DNA of 51,290 nt, taken from the sequence record SRR20825006_149; one strand, written 5' to 3'. How positions within the stretch are numbered: position 1 is the first letter of the stretch; each line of letters opens with the position of its first letter. The notes below the pieces were generated by a model. It did no database searches. It was not told the DNA's origin and was given only the letters and a program-made list of their open reading frames with translations. Shown piece after piece: positions 30,504 to 40,976 of this stretch. The position numbers and the translations under genes are program-made.

Positions 30504-31634
30504 TCAGGCCGCTTTCTTGTCCGGACAAACGCCCACCACCTGCTTGTGATCGTTCTTTTCGACCGCAAACACAATCAGCGCGATCAGGCGATAAAAACCA
30601 TGCACAAACTTGCCATATGGCATGGACAGAAACAGCGTCATCACAACACCAAGATGGATGCTTAACATCACCCCGACATATTGCGTATCACGCACAAACA
30701 TCAGGCAAAGTCCGGTCAGACTTGTCAAAAACAGCAGAACCAGAAAACTGACATCCATACCCTTGTTCGTTTTGCCTTTCGGGGCGGCATCTGCCCGGGC
30801 CTTCAGGATCAGCAGCCCCGCAGGCCCCACAATAAGACCAAGTCCTCCCAGAATGCCAAACAGTTTGGGCAGGCTCAAATACCCGTAAGGTGCGGGAAGA
30901 TCGAAGCCATAATGCAAGACCGTGGCCGACGATGTGGCAGCAAAGCACAGCATGAAGCCCCAGAATGTCATCTGATGGAACCAACGCCTTGCCATGGAGG
31001 GCGTTTCGCTTGGATACGAGCATCCCTGCCCGTTGCCACCATCCAGATATTTCAGCGAAAGAGCATCTTTTATCCCCTGCATGACGCGGGGATAATCAAG
31101 CCTGAAAGGACTTGGCAAATTCATTGTCCGCCAGAATTTGACAATCGAAACCAGCAGCGCAAGCAGCACAAATCCACCGACCGCACCAAACATTGCGGCC
31201 AGGACATCATGCGAAATCACGCCGTAAAATGCGTTGTCGTGCGCTGAAAAGAAATCATCCCCGGTTAGAATGGCCGTTCCGCCCAGAAAAAGCGTGATCA
31301 CAACGATTGACAGAAAACTGACCCAAAGACCGTTATTGGCAAACAGCTTGCCCATAAAGCCCGGCCACGCGTAAATGCCGTAGTTTTCCTGCCTGAGCTC
31401 CGCCATCGCGGCCGGAACGTTAAGCTGAAATTCGTGTGGCGGCGCATATTGGCAATTGTGATAACAGGCCCCGCAGTTATGGCAAAGGTTTGCCAGATAA
31501 TCGAGCGTATCGGAATTGAATTCCAACCGCAGTTCCATCGCTTGGAAAACGGCACAATGTCCCTCGCAATAACGGCAGGCATTGCAGATCGACATAACGC
31601 GGGCGGCTTCGGCTGTTTTATCGGTTGAGCGCAT
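30504..31634 (-). CDS. tcuB: Tricarballylate utilization 4Fe-4S membrane protein
   Basis: CNACRYCEGHC and CHNCGACYHNCQYAPPHEF clusters, LKYLDGG, PYGKFVHG; start set at MRSTDK. Confidence 0.92.
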   Translation of the reverse strand: MRSTDKTAEAARVMSICNACRYCEGHCAVFQAMELRLEFNSDTLDYLANLCHNCGACYHNCQYAPPHEFQLNVPAAMAELRQENYGIYAWPGFMGKLFANNGLWVSFLSIVVITLFLGGTAILTGDDFFSAHDNAFYGVISHDVLAAMFGAVGGFVLLALLVSIVKFWRTMNLPSPFRLDYPRVMQGIKDALSLKYLDGGNGQGCSYPSETPSMARRWFHQMTFWGFMLCFAATSSATVLHYGFDLPAPYGYLSLPKLFGILGGLGLIVGPAGLLILKARADAAPKGKTNKGMDVSFLVLLFLTSLTGLCLMFVRDTQYVGVMLSIHLGVVMTLFLSMPYGKFVHGFYRLIALIVFAVEKNDHKQVVGVCPDKKAA

Positions 31635-33006
31635 AATCGGCAGCCTCCCTTCCTGCAATTCGTCCAAACACATTTCCAATCGTCATGCCAATCCCGGCAA
31701 GATATCCTTGGCCCAGAACGTTTCCGGCCATAATTTCACCCGCAGCAAAGATGTTCGGGCTTTCGGTCCCGTCGGCCATCTGCATCTGCGCCTTTTCGCT
31801 GACTTCTACCCCGAGATAGGTGAATGTGATGCCCGGCCGCAGGCAATAGGCGCTATAGGGCGGATGATCGAGTGTCCGCGCCCAGTTGGTCTTGTTCACC
31901 ACAAGCCCGCTGGTATGAACCCCATCCAGTTCGGTATGATCAAATTTTCCCGGTTGAACCGCCGCGTTATAGTCGGCAACGGTTTTCTCAAGCGTCGCGG
32001 GATCCAGACCGATCTTTTGGGCCAATTCGCCAATCGTATCGGCGACCACGGCCGGGAAAACGGGGGGCATAAAGGCACCACGCGCCTTCTGGTCAATAAT
32101 CACATGGGCCACCTGATCAGGTTGGTCCGCAACAAGACGGCCCCAGATCGCATATCGCTTTGGCCAGAAATCCTCGCCTTCATCATAAAATCGCTCGGCA
32201 TTCCTGTTCACCACAATGCCAAGCGACACGCAGTCAACCCGCGTGCAGATTCCGCCGTCAAACTTTGGCGCGCGCCCGTCAATTGCCACCGCATGGCACT
32301 GATTGGGTTCCCCGATCTGCCGGGCTCCGGCATCAAGCAGCATGCGCAGCAAATCACCACGATTATAGGGCGTCCCCCGGATCAGGAAATTTTCGGCAAT
32401 GTCGCCCCATGCCTCTTTCAGCCACTCGATATTCGCTTCAAATCCGCCGGCTGCCGCAACGAACGCATTTGCCGAAATGGTGTGATCACCCACCTGAAGG
32501 CTTTTAAATCTTCCTTCCGAAATCTCTACGGACGTGACCATCGCATCGTAATGAACTTCAACGCCAAGCTTATCGGCATGCCGATAAAGGGCGTTTAACA
32601 GTTGCTTGCCCCCGCCCATGAAGAACGCATTCGTTCGGCCCAAATGCAGGGTTCCGCCAAGTGGCGGCTGGAACTGCACACCGCGCGCCTCAAGCCAGTC
32701 AACGGCTTCTGTCGATTGGCGCAGGGTCATGCGGGCGAGTGTTTCGTTGGTTTTCCCCTTGGTCACCCGCATCAGGTCATCCCAGTATTCCGCCTCGTCA
32801 TAAGTGCCGCTCAAAACCGACAAGGGGCCAATATGCATGGGTCGCAAATTGCGGGTATGGCGGGTATTCCCGCCGCGATGGGTTCTGGGTGCCCCTTCCA
32901 GCAGACAGACGCGCGCGCCTTTTTCCGCAGCAACAATCGCGGCAATCAGCCCCGCCTGCCCGCCGCCCGCGACAAGGACATCATAATGATCGGATTCAGT
33001 TTTCAC
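31618..33006 (-). CDS. tcuA: FAD-dependent tricarballylate dehydrogenase
   Basis: GGGQAG, RGGNTRHTRN, GGFEAN, HAVAIDGRAPKFDGGI, DEGEDFWPKRYAIWG and GYLAGIGMTIG. Confidence 0.92.
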   Translation of the reverse strand: MKTESDHYDVLVAGGGQAGLIAAIVAAEKGARVCLLEGAPRTHRGGNTRHTRNLRPMHIGPLSVLSGTYDEAEYWDDLMRVTKGKTNETLARMTLRQSTEAVDWLEARGVQFQPPLGGTLHLGRTNAFFMGGGKQLLNALYRHADKLGVEVHYDAMVTSVEISEGRFKSLQVGDHTISANAFVAAAGGFEANIEWLKEAWGDIAENFLIRGTPYNRGDLLRMLLDAGARQIGEPNQCHAVAIDGRAPKFDGGICTRVDCVSLGIVVNRNAERFYDEGEDFWPKRYAIWGRLVADQPDQVAHVIIDQKARGAFMPPVFPAVVADTIGELAQKIGLDPATLEKTVADYNAAVQPGKFDHTELDGVHTSGLVVNKTNWARTLDHPPYSAYCLRPGITFTYLGVEVSEKAQMQMADGTESPNIFAAGEIMAGNVLGQGYLAGIGMTIGNVFGRIAGREAADYALNR

Positions 33007-33034
33007 GGCGTCTCCACCTCTTTTCGTATTTTAA

Positions 33035-33053
33035 TGGATACTCTTGTATACAA
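33035..33053. promoter_or_regulatory. Candidate GntR (FadR/VanR-type) operator
   Basis: Perfect palindrome TTGTATACAA (33044-33053) preceded by a TGGATAC partial copy, between divergent tcuA and the GntR gene. Confidence 0.6.
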
Positions 33054-33127
33054 TTGTCTCCAACCTTGAGATTTCAGCATGCTTGTGTCAAGTTAAAAAC
33101 CAGACAGAACAAAGCAGGTGCCTTCTC

Positions 33128-33778
33128 ATGAGCCCAGATTCCGCCGATCACCAGCCCCGCGGGGAAGTTGCCTATCAAAAGCTTCTGGCAGCCATCCAGC
33201 ATGGCGAACTCAAGCCGGGGACCCGAATCCGCGAGGTGGAAGTTGCTGAAAGGTTTGGAATCAGCCGCACCCCGGTGCGCGATGCCATTCGACGTCTGGA
33301 AAGTGATGGGCTGCTGATCCACATGCCGCGACACGGGGCCGTCATCAAGGAACTCGATCATCGCGAAGTGATCGAGCTGTATGAAATTCGCGAAGTTTTG
33401 GAAGGAACGGCCGCCCGTTATGCCGCGCGCCACGCATCAGAGCTTGAAATCGCCGAACTGGAAGATCTCAATGAACTGATGCTGAAAAACGGGCAGGACC
33501 CGGTGAAAGTTGCAGAAGCAAACCGGCTGTTTCATCAGGCGCTGTATAGAACGGCGAACAATCGCTATCTTATTGATGCACTTAATTCTTTATCGAATTC
33601 AATGGCGCTTCTGGGCGGTACGACGCTTCAATATGACGGCCGCCCCGAAAGTGCCTATCAGGAACATAAGAACATTATCGACAGCATCCGGTCCGGCAAC
33701 GCCGATCAGGCCGATACCGATGCAAGACATCACATCCGAAGCGCTCAAAGGCTGCGGATCAAGCTATTGCGTGAATAA
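33128..33778 (+). CDS. GntR-family regulator with FCD domain
   Basis: FGISRTPVRDAIRRL, ELYEIREVLEG, NRLFHQAL and EHKNII. Confidence 0.9.
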   Translation: MSPDSADHQPRGEVAYQKLLAAIQHGELKPGTRIREVEVAERFGISRTPVRDAIRRLESDGLLIHMPRHGAVIKELDHREVIELYEIREVLEGTAARYAARHASELEIAELEDLNELMLKNGQDPVKVAEANRLFHQALYRTANNRYLIDALNSLSNSMALLGGTTLQYDGRPESAYQEHKNIIDSIRSGNADQADTDARHHIRSAQRLRIKLLRE

Positions 33779-33807
33779 GAGGCGATCTGTTGCACGCTGT
33801 TGCAAGG

Positions 33808-35589
33808 TCACACCACGCGCAACAGATCCGCATAAACACCGTCAAGAGCGACCAGTTGGTCATGACGCCCCTGCTCTGCGATGCGTCCTGCTTTCATCAC
33901 CACGATCTGGTCCGCATGGCGGATGGTGGACAGCCGGTGCGCGATGGTAATCGTTGTCCGGCCTTTCGACATGTGGTTCAACGCAGACGACATCGCGCGT
34001 TCCGTACGTGTATCAAGAGCACTGGTCGCCTCGTCCAGTAAAAGCACAGGCGGGTCGCGCAGGATGGTGCGAGCCAGCACCAAGCGCTGTTTCTCGCCAC
34101 CGGAAAATCGGTATCCATCCTCACCAACCAGCGTATCATAGCCCATAGGCAGCGACGCGATATGGTCGTGAATCTGGGCAATCTTTGCCGCCGCAACCAG
34201 TTCGGCCTCGGTCGCGTCCGGTTTTGCGAAGCGCAGGTTCTCTGCCACAGAGGCATGGAACAGATAGGGCTCTTGCGGAACGACCCCCACCATTTCGGAC
34301 AGCGATTGAAAACTGAGATCGCGCAGATCCACGCCATCAAACCGGATGGCACCACTATCCACATCGTAAAGCCGCGCCAGCAAGTATCCCAGTGTCGTCT
34401 TGCCCGAACCCGTCGGGCCGACTATCGCGACATTGCTGCCTGCGGGAATCATGAGGCTTATGTCATACACAGCAGTCGGGCCATCCTCATGGTAGGCAAA
34501 ACTGACATGCTCCAGCTCTACCTGACCGCGCATGTCCGAACGGCGAATTGTAACGGGTGCCGGTTTCTCGGTGATCTCAACCGGCATGTCCAGATACTCG
34601 AAAACCCGGGCAAACAATGCACGTGTTTTTCGTGTATCGCGGCCGATTTCCAACAATTGCTCGAAAGGCCACAATAGCTGTTCCTGTAACGCGATCATCG
34701 CAACCAGCGTACCGATGGTGGCAGGATTGTCTGTCTGCATCAGCAGCCCCCCCGCCAGCAACGTCATCGCCGGCAGGACGGCCAGCGCAAAGCTGATCAG
34801 GGACCACTGCCATTCACCGGCGGTATGTGACTTCACCTCAAGTTTCGCCAGGTCTCCCGATATCCGGGTGAACCGTTGTACAAGATGTGGACCCCTTCCC
34901 ATCGTGCGGGCAAGGATGACACCCGAGGCCGAAAGCGTTTCCTGCACCGCCACGGAAATGTCGGCGGCGCGCGCCTGCTGCTGGTAGGTCAACGCTTCGC
35001 GCATACGGGCAACGCGGTTACTGATCAGGATCGTTCCCGGCACCACGAACAGAACAAAAAGTGCCAACCGCCAGTCAAGGATCACGATGGCAATGGCCGT
35101 CATGACAACCGCACTGAGCGAACGACCAAGTTCGTTGGCAGTTTCCGTTACCAACGATTGCAGTCCATCGATATCACTGGCGATGCGCGACTGAACCTCG
35201 CCCACACGCGTTCCGGTAAAGAACCGCAACGAAAGGCTTTGGAGATGGGTGTAAAGCCGCACCCGCAAGGCATGCAGAACCGCCTGTCCGATACGTGACA
35301 TGAGGATCACCTGATAGGCACCGACCGCCGCCGAAAGCAGGGCGACGATGACCATACCTCCCACCAGCCCGACAAGCAGTTTGATATCATTGGCGGGCAA
35401 AGCTTCGTCAATGATCGCCCGCAACAGGAACGGTCCCGCCAGACCGACCGCTGAGGACATGATCATAAGCAATATGACCGCTGCGATCCGTTTCCGGTAA
35501 GGAATGAACAGCGACAATATACGCCGCATGGAAACATGCCGCGCCGCAAGGTCGGTATAGTCGTCGGAATAAGGAAGATGTTTGGACAT
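33808..35589 (-). CDS. ABC exporter, fused permease + ATPase (multidrug/peptide type)
   Basis: N-terminal TM domain; GPTGSGKT, FSGGEKQR, LLLDEATSALD and IAHRLSTI. Confidence 0.9.
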   Translation of the reverse strand: MSKHLPYSDDYTDLAARHVSMRRILSLFIPYRKRIAAVILLMIMSSAVGLAGPFLLRAIIDEALPANDIKLLVGLVGGMVIVALLSAAVGAYQVILMSRIGQAVLHALRVRLYTHLQSLSLRFFTGTRVGEVQSRIASDIDGLQSLVTETANELGRSLSAVVMTAIAIVILDWRLALFVLFVVPGTILISNRVARMREALTYQQQARAADISVAVQETLSASGVILARTMGRGPHLVQRFTRISGDLAKLEVKSHTAGEWQWSLISFALAVLPAMTLLAGGLLMQTDNPATIGTLVAMIALQEQLLWPFEQLLEIGRDTRKTRALFARVFEYLDMPVEITEKPAPVTIRRSDMRGQVELEHVSFAYHEDGPTAVYDISLMIPAGSNVAIVGPTGSGKTTLGYLLARLYDVDSGAIRFDGVDLRDLSFQSLSEMVGVVPQEPYLFHASVAENLRFAKPDATEAELVAAAKIAQIHDHIASLPMGYDTLVGEDGYRFSGGEKQRLVLARTILRDPPVLLLDEATSALDTRTERAMSSALNHMSKGRTTITIAHRLSTIRHADQIVVMKAGRIAEQGRHDQLVALDGVYADLLRVV

Positions 35590-35597
35590 TGGTACAA

Positions 35598-36665
35598 TCA
35601 GACGAAAGGTAACACTTGGCACGGCAGCCGGATTTCGACGGCAAGACCAGGATGATCAGAAGGGAATATCGACGCATCTCCTCCATGCGCCCGGGCAATC
35701 GCCCTGACAATTGGCAAGCCCAGGCCGGAACCACCACCGCTACGCCCCCGTGAGTCGTCCGCACGCCAGAACCGCTCGAAGGCACGCGTGCGGCTTTCTT
35801 CAGGAAGGCCCGGTCCTGTATCCGTGCAACGGAAAAAGACATACTGTCCTGCCACACCGGTCTCGACATGCACCGTACTTTGCGGCGCGTAACGACAGCA
35901 ATTTTCCAGAACCGCCACGAAAGCCTGCCTCAATCGCGCGCGGTCAGCACTGACGACGGCGCTGGACAACTGGCGCATTACCGTGATCCCGGCCTTGCTG
36001 AAATGATCCTCAAGCGAAAGGAGCGCCGCCTCGGCCTCCACCGCCAGATCAAGACGTGAATATTGCAGATCGAGCTGCCCTGCATTGCTCAGCGCCAGTG
36101 TCCGCAACTCCTCGACGATGGCCGACAGATCATCCACATGGTTAATCAGGCGACCATACAGTTCCGGACTGGGGGCGAAGGCACCATCCAGCAACCCCTG
36201 GAGCCGCCCACGCAGAATGGTCAAAGGCGTTCGCAATTCATGTGCAATGGCCGAGTTAGAATATTTCAACTCGGCCTCGGCACGTTGCAGTCGCCCTGCC
36301 ATCTGATTGAAATCGTCAACCAGATCGCTCGCCTCGCCAAAATTGCCCCGGCTCAATGAGGCGCGCGCCGAAAAATCCCCATTCGCCACCTTGCGCGCAG
36401 CCGCGGCAACAGATTTCAAAGGATCCACAATCCGTCGTGCCAGAACCCACCCCAACAAAGAGGCGGTTAATATGCCGATCCCCAGAAGAAGGCCCAACGT
36501 TACGATATCACCGGTGCGCAGGATGTCGTCGTCGGTGAAATCCGGATAAAGCCATTCATAAATGAAGAAGAAATACGCCGTTAACCCGAAATAAACGACG
36601 GTGAAAGCAAGCAATGTAAGCGAAATCATCGCACGAACGATGCGGGAATTCAGATTTCTAGCCAT
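35598..36665 (-). CDS. Sensor histidine kinase, AdeS/BaeS-like (very short periplasmic loop)
   Basis: Two TM segments, HAMP, NSAIAHELRTPLTILRGRLQG, DTGPG and GSGLGL; start set at MARNLN. Confidence 0.88.
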   Translation of the reverse strand: MARNLNSRIVRAMISLTLLAFTVVYFGLTAYFFFIYEWLYPDFTDDDILRTGDIVTLGLLLGIGILTASLLGWVLARRIVDPLKSVAAAARKVANGDFSARASLSRGNFGEASDLVDDFNQMAGRLQRAEAELKYSNSAIAHELRTPLTILRGRLQGLLDGAFAPSPELYGRLINHVDDLSAIVEELRTLALSNAGQLDLQYSRLDLAVEAEAALLSLEDHFSKAGITVMRQLSSAVVSADRARLRQAFVAVLENCCRYAPQSTVHVETGVAGQYVFFRCTDTGPGLPEESRTRAFERFWRADDSRGRSGGGSGLGLPIVRAIARAHGGDASIFPSDHPGLAVEIRLPCQVLPFV

Positions 36666-37359
36666 GGGTGTTGTCCAGTCGATAACCGACACCACGGACA
36701 CCGACGAGCATGCCATCCGCCCCGGCAGCAGCCAGTTTGCGCCGCAGATTGCTGACATGGCTGTCGACTGTCCGATCCAGCGCCTCACCCTCCGGCAGGC
36801 ACGCATCGACCAGTTCCGAGCGCTCGAACACCCTGCCAATCCTCAAGGCCATATAAGCCAGAATGCGAAATTCGGTTCTGGTAAGGCCGAGCACAACCGG
36901 TCCCGCCGCGCTTTCGACCTCCACCCGATAGGCCTGTGGATCAATGGTCAATGGTCCGACGCGCAACATTTGCCCGTCATCACGGGCAATGGTTCGCCGC
37001 AAGACCGCCTTAACACGCGCCACAACCTCAAGCGGGTTGAACGGTTTAACGACATAATCGTCTGCACCAATACGTAGCGCCTGCAACTTGTCGAGATCCT
37101 CGGCAAGCGCCGTTACCATGATGACGGGCGTGTCACCACGTCGACGGATCGCCGCCAGCACTTCATAACCGTCCTGCCCCGGCAGCTTGATATCCAGCAC
37201 CACAAGGTCGGGCCGCAAGCGCTGATGATGGGCAAGCCCGACCGTTCCATCACCAGCCGTAACAACCCGGAATCCTTCGCGTGACAGGTAAGTCCCGATG
37301 ATTTCCGCAATCTCGGGCTCGTCCTCAATGATGAGGATCAAGGCATTGTTCATGGACAT
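36658..37359 (-). CDS. Response regulator, AdeR/BaeR-like
   Basis: IIEDEPEIA, LRIGADDYVVKPFNPLEVVARV, DRTVDSHVSNLRRKL and VRGVGYR. Start is 37359 or 37353. Confidence 0.88.
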   Translation of the reverse strand: MSMNNALILIIEDEPEIAEIIGTYLSREGFRVVTAGDGTVGLAHHQRLRPDLVVLDIKLPGQDGYEVLAAIRRRGDTPVIMVTALAEDLDKLQALRIGADDYVVKPFNPLEVVARVKAVLRRTIARDDGQMLRVGPLTIDPQAYRVEVESAAGPVVLGLTRTEFRILAYMALRIGRVFERSELVDACLPEGEALDRTVDSHVSNLRRKLAAAGADGMLVGVRGVGYRLDNTHG

Positions 37360-37532
37360 GTTTTCGATCTTTGGCTTTTCACCCAAAAGGATTCATTTGA
37401 TTGAGGCGCATCTCACCCCAGGTTATTCACAACCGATTGAAAGTTCCATCATGCATCTGCCAGCAATGCCGGCATCGGAGTTCCAGAATAACACTCAACG
37501 ATTACTCCTCCCACGTCGAGGGCAGGTTAAGA

Positions 37533-37553
37533 TTTTGTCGAGGTTTTGTGGAG
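37533..37553. promoter_or_regulatory. AdeR-like direct-repeat site upstream of the response regulator
   Basis: TTTTGTCGAG-G-TTTTGTGGAG, 11-bp period. Confidence 0.55.
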
Positions 37554-37632
37554 ATGTTCGGCAATAGGAACTCCAGTGTAACGAGCTCAAGAGGCAGTCC
37601 GATAATTTATCTGTATCAAAGAGCGCACTTCA

Positions 37633-39027
37633 TCATTGTGCTGCCGCAACCTCTTCATCAGCGATTGCAGTACTTCCGCCAAGCGCGCGGTAAAGCGTTG
37701 ATTCATTGACAAACTGTGCGAGCCGCACATCGGCAAGAACCACTTCGGCAGAACGACGGCGTTCCTGCGCATCAAGCCAGATGCGCAGGGTGGTCGCACC
37801 AGCCCGATAACGTGTCTCGGTCAGTTTCTCGACTTCCAGCGCGGCCATATAGGCATTATCAAGTCGGCGTGACTGCTCGCCATAGCTGGCGCGCGCACCA
37901 AGCGCATTGGCCACATCGGCAAACGCGTTCAGCAAAGTTTTGCGAAATGCGGTGACGGCCTCTTCATAATGGGTCTCTGAAACCGCAATCGTCAAACTCA
38001 TATCCTTCAGGTTAAGGAATGAGAGGACAGCACCTGCTCCCAGGGTTCCGACCGGGTTGGAGACGAAGGAAATCAGTTGATCGCTGCTGGTCCCTAACCC
38101 ACCGGTAAGCGATATCCCCGGATAGAAGCTGGTCCGCGTCGCGTCCACGCTCTTCAACGTCCCCCGCAACCGCGCTTCTGCTGCACGAAGATCAGGACGG
38201 CGGGCAAGCAGATCGGCGGGCAACCCTGCTGCAAGCTCCGGAAACTTCTTTCGCGGCAGGCTCTGCGGTTCTGGAACCGGGTTTGGCGCACCGTTCAAAA
38301 GGACCGTAAGCACATTGCGCAGAACAAGGCGGGCCTGCTGCAACTCCGCTACTCGCGCCGCCTGAGTCTCGACAGCTTGTTCGCTTTCTCTAAGTTCCAG
38401 ATCGGAAACATCCCCGACTTCTGCCTGCTTCCGCACGAGATCCTGAATTTGCTCTACATAATCAAGGCTGTTTATAGCCGATGCAACCGACTCATTGGCA
38501 TGGGCGATACGGAAATAGGTTTCGATCGTCATGCCGATGATTGCCAGGCGCGCCGCTTCGTAATCCTCGGCAGTTGCCTCCGCCTCGAAGCTTGTGCTGT
38601 CGCGCTGTGCCGCCAGTTTCCCCCACAAGTCGACTTCATAGGAAACACCGATTGCTGCAGACGAAGATGCTGTCGAAGTCGCACTTCCTTCAAGAGGCCG
38701 GCTCTTCGAAGTGTTAAGAGTCCCGCTCAACTTCGGGAACAGGGCATTTGCCGCAAGGTCGGCTTGCAGGCGCGCTCTGCGCGCACGAACGGTCGCAGCG
38801 AAAATGTCGTTGTTGCGACTGACCACTTCGCTGATCAGGGTGGTAAGTCCGGAATCTCCGAATGCAATCCACCACTGATCTGCACTCGCATTCGCCGTAT
38901 CTGCGGCAACCGAAGCAGACCATGTCGGCCCCTCCGGCAGATCAGGGCGCAGATAGTCTGTCGACGGGCTGGTGCAACCGGCAAGGACAACAAACAGGCA
39001 AGGAACAATCAATCTGACAAAAACCAT
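37633..39027 (-). CDS. Efflux outer-membrane factor lipoprotein (NodT/OprM family)
   Basis: Lipobox LAGC, WWIAFGD, YEVDLWGKL, PADLLARRPDLRAAE and LYRALGG. Confidence 0.9.
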   Translation of the reverse strand: MVFVRLIVPCLFVVLAGCTSPSTDYLRPDLPEGPTWSASVAADTANASADQWWIAFGDSGLTTLISEVVSRNNDIFAATVRARRARLQADLAANALFPKLSGTLNTSKSRPLEGSATSTASSSAAIGVSYEVDLWGKLAAQRDSTSFEAEATAEDYEAARLAIIGMTIETYFRIAHANESVASAINSLDYVEQIQDLVRKQAEVGDVSDLELRESEQAVETQAARVAELQQARLVLRNVLTVLLNGAPNPVPEPQSLPRKKFPELAAGLPADLLARRPDLRAAEARLRGTLKSVDATRTSFYPGISLTGGLGTSSDQLISFVSNPVGTLGAGAVLSFLNLKDMSLTIAVSETHYEEAVTAFRKTLLNAFADVANALGARASYGEQSRRLDNAYMAALEVEKLTETRYRAGATTLRIWLDAQERRRSAEVVLADVRLAQFVNESTLYRALGGSTAIADEEVAAAQ

Positions 39028-39029
39028 GA

Positions 39030-40976
39030 CTACTCTCTGGAAAGCGCAACGACCGGATCAAGCCGCGAGGCATTGCGTGCAGGCAGAAAACCGAAAACGA
39101 GGCCGATGAGAAGTGCGACCAGACAGGCGGAAAGGATGGCGTCGATCGAAATGATCATCGGGAATGAACTGCCCTGCCCCCCAAACGTAGCAGCCGCGCC
39201 AAGCGCCACTCCAACGCCAAGCAGAGATCCGGCAATGCAAATCGTGACAGCTTCAATCAGAAACTGAAGCATGATGTCGATACGCCGTGCGCCGACCGCC
39301 ATGCGCAGGCCGATCTCGCGGGTACGCTCGGTGACGGAAACCAGCATGATGTTCATAACGCCGATCCCACCAACGATCAGCGAAATGACCGCGACCGAAG
39401 AAATCAGCAGCGTCATCGTCCGCGACGTCTTCTCCATGATCCGGCGCAACTGGTCACTGTTGAAGACAAAAAAGTCCTGTATACCGTGACGGCGTGTCAT
39501 CAGACCGACAATCGCGCGTTCGGCAACAATCGTGTCAACATTGTCAGATATGCGAACGGTCAGCCCGGCAAGGCTCGTTGCCGCCCCAAGCAGCCTGCCG
39601 GCCACAGCAGTATAGGGAAGGTATATTTGCAGGGTTTTGCCCGACATGCCGGAACGCTGGGCCACCGTGCCGATGATGACCACCGGCACGCGATCGATCA
39701 TGATGATCTTGCCAAGCGGAGATTCACTACCCGGAAAAAGCGTAGTTGCGGCTCTGTCGTCTATCACGGCCTCCTGACGACGCTCGGCGATACTGTCGGC
39801 CGTGAAGCCGTTGCCCTGCACGATCTTGAGGCCGTTTACCCGAAAATAATCCTCACCGACACCGTCAACGTTGGCCGACATGGAAGTGCTGCCGAACCGA
39901 ATGCGCGCACTCGTCGACACCAGTGGCGTAACGCTGTCGATATAGTTTTGCGCAGACAAAGCCTCGGCGTCGGACACAACCAGCGTCCTGATGCTGTCGG
40001 CGCGCTCGTCGTCCCAACCCTGCCCGGGATAAATGGAAAGTGTACTGGCACCAAGTTCGCTGATCTCGGCAAGGACCCGCTGGCGTGTCCCTTCGCCCAG
40101 ACCGACGACTGAAACCACGGCAGCAATGCCAATGATGATCCCCAGCATGGTCAGGAATGTGCGGACCCGATGAGCCGCCATCGAGCGCAACGCCATGGGA
40201 AAAGCTTCTGCAAACCGTCGATGGAAACCTGCCAGCACGCCAACAGACCCGGAACGTGCAAAGGAAGGTAAGGGAGCACCAACCAGAGGTTCGCGGCATC
40301 GCTGGTCAGACAGAACCAGACCGTCACGGACTTCTATGATGCGATCAGCATGGGCCGCGACCTCCATATCGTGGGTGACGATAATGACCGTATGGCCGTC
40401 CCGATGAAGCTCCTTGAGAATCTCAAGCACGGTTTCACCGCTTCTGCTGTCAAGCGCTCCGGTCGGCTCGTCGGCAAGGATGATACGCCCACCATTCATA
40501 AGCGCGCGAGCAATCGACACCCGCTGCTGCTGACCGCCGGAAAGCTGACCTGGACGGTGATCGACGCGCTCGCCAAGGCCGAGACGCTCCAGAAGTGACC
40601 GGGCCCGCTCGCGCCGGGAGGCGGTATCAAGGCCTGCATAAACGGCTGGCATCGCGACATTGTCAGTCGAGTTGAGCGTGCCGAGCAAGTGATAGCGTTG
40701 GAAGATGAAGCCGAAATGCTCCCTTCGCAACGCTGCCAGTTCGTCTGCGCTCAAACCGGCAACACTGCGCCCACCGACACGGTAATCGCCCGCAGTCGGC
40801 TGATCAAGGCAGCCAAGAATATTCATGAGCGTCGACTTGCCCGATCCGCTTGCGCCCACAATCGCGACAAGTTCACCACTGTCGATATGAAGATTGATCC
40901 CCGCAAGCGCGGAAATGGTCTCTTCGCCCGTCTGAAACAGCCGTGTGACGTTCTCTATTTCCAGTAAAGCGCTCAC
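39030..40976 (-). CDS. macB: MacB-family ABC transporter (ATPase + FtsX permease)
   Basis: GASGSGKS, FGFIFQRYHLL, LSGGQQQRV and GGIGVMNIMLVSVTERTREIG. Confidence 0.92.
   Translation of the reverse strand: MSALLEIENVTRLFQTGEETISALAGINLHIDSGELVAIVGASGSGKSTLMNILGCLDQPTAGDYRVGGRSVAGLSADELAALRREHFGFIFQRYHLLGTLNSTDNVAMPAVYAGLDTASRRERARSLLERLGLGERVDHRPGQLSGGQQQRVSIARALMNGGRIILADEPTGALDSRSGETVLEILKELHRDGHTVIIVTHDMEVAAHADRIIEVRDGLVLSDQRCREPLVGAPLPSFARSGSVGVLAGFHRRFAEAFPMALRSMAAHRVRTFLTMLGIIIGIAAVVSVVGLGEGTRQRVLAEISELGASTLSIYPGQGWDDERADSIRTLVVSDAEALSAQNYIDSVTPLVSTSARIRFGSTSMSANVDGVGEDYFRVNGLKIVQGNGFTADSIAERRQEAVIDDRAATTLFPGSESPLGKIIMIDRVPVVIIGTVAQRSGMSGKTLQIYLPYTAVAGRLLGAATSLAGLTVRISDNVDTIVAERAIVGLMTRRHGIQDFFVFNSDQLRRIMEKTSRTMTLLISSVAVISLIVGGIGVMNIMLVSVTERTREIGLRMAVGARRIDIMLQFLIEAVTICIAGSLLGVGVALGAAATFGGQGSSFPMIISIDAILSACLVALLIGLVFGFLPARNASRLDPVVALSRE

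Noticed and set aside
1240-32598. Long antisense ORFs (e.g. 1240-1968, 4269-5333, 14135-15151, 31582-32598)
   Set aside because: Shadow frames expected from high-GC codon bias; they lie opposite well-supported genes and show no recognisable motifs.
33808-40976. MacB or the fused ABC exporter as the missing ATPase of the secretion-like operon
   Set aside because: MacB has its own MacA and OMF, both genes sit in a separately regulated module behind a strong hairpin at 42436-42479, and neither resembles HlyB/LapB/PrtD. A role in trans is not formally excluded.
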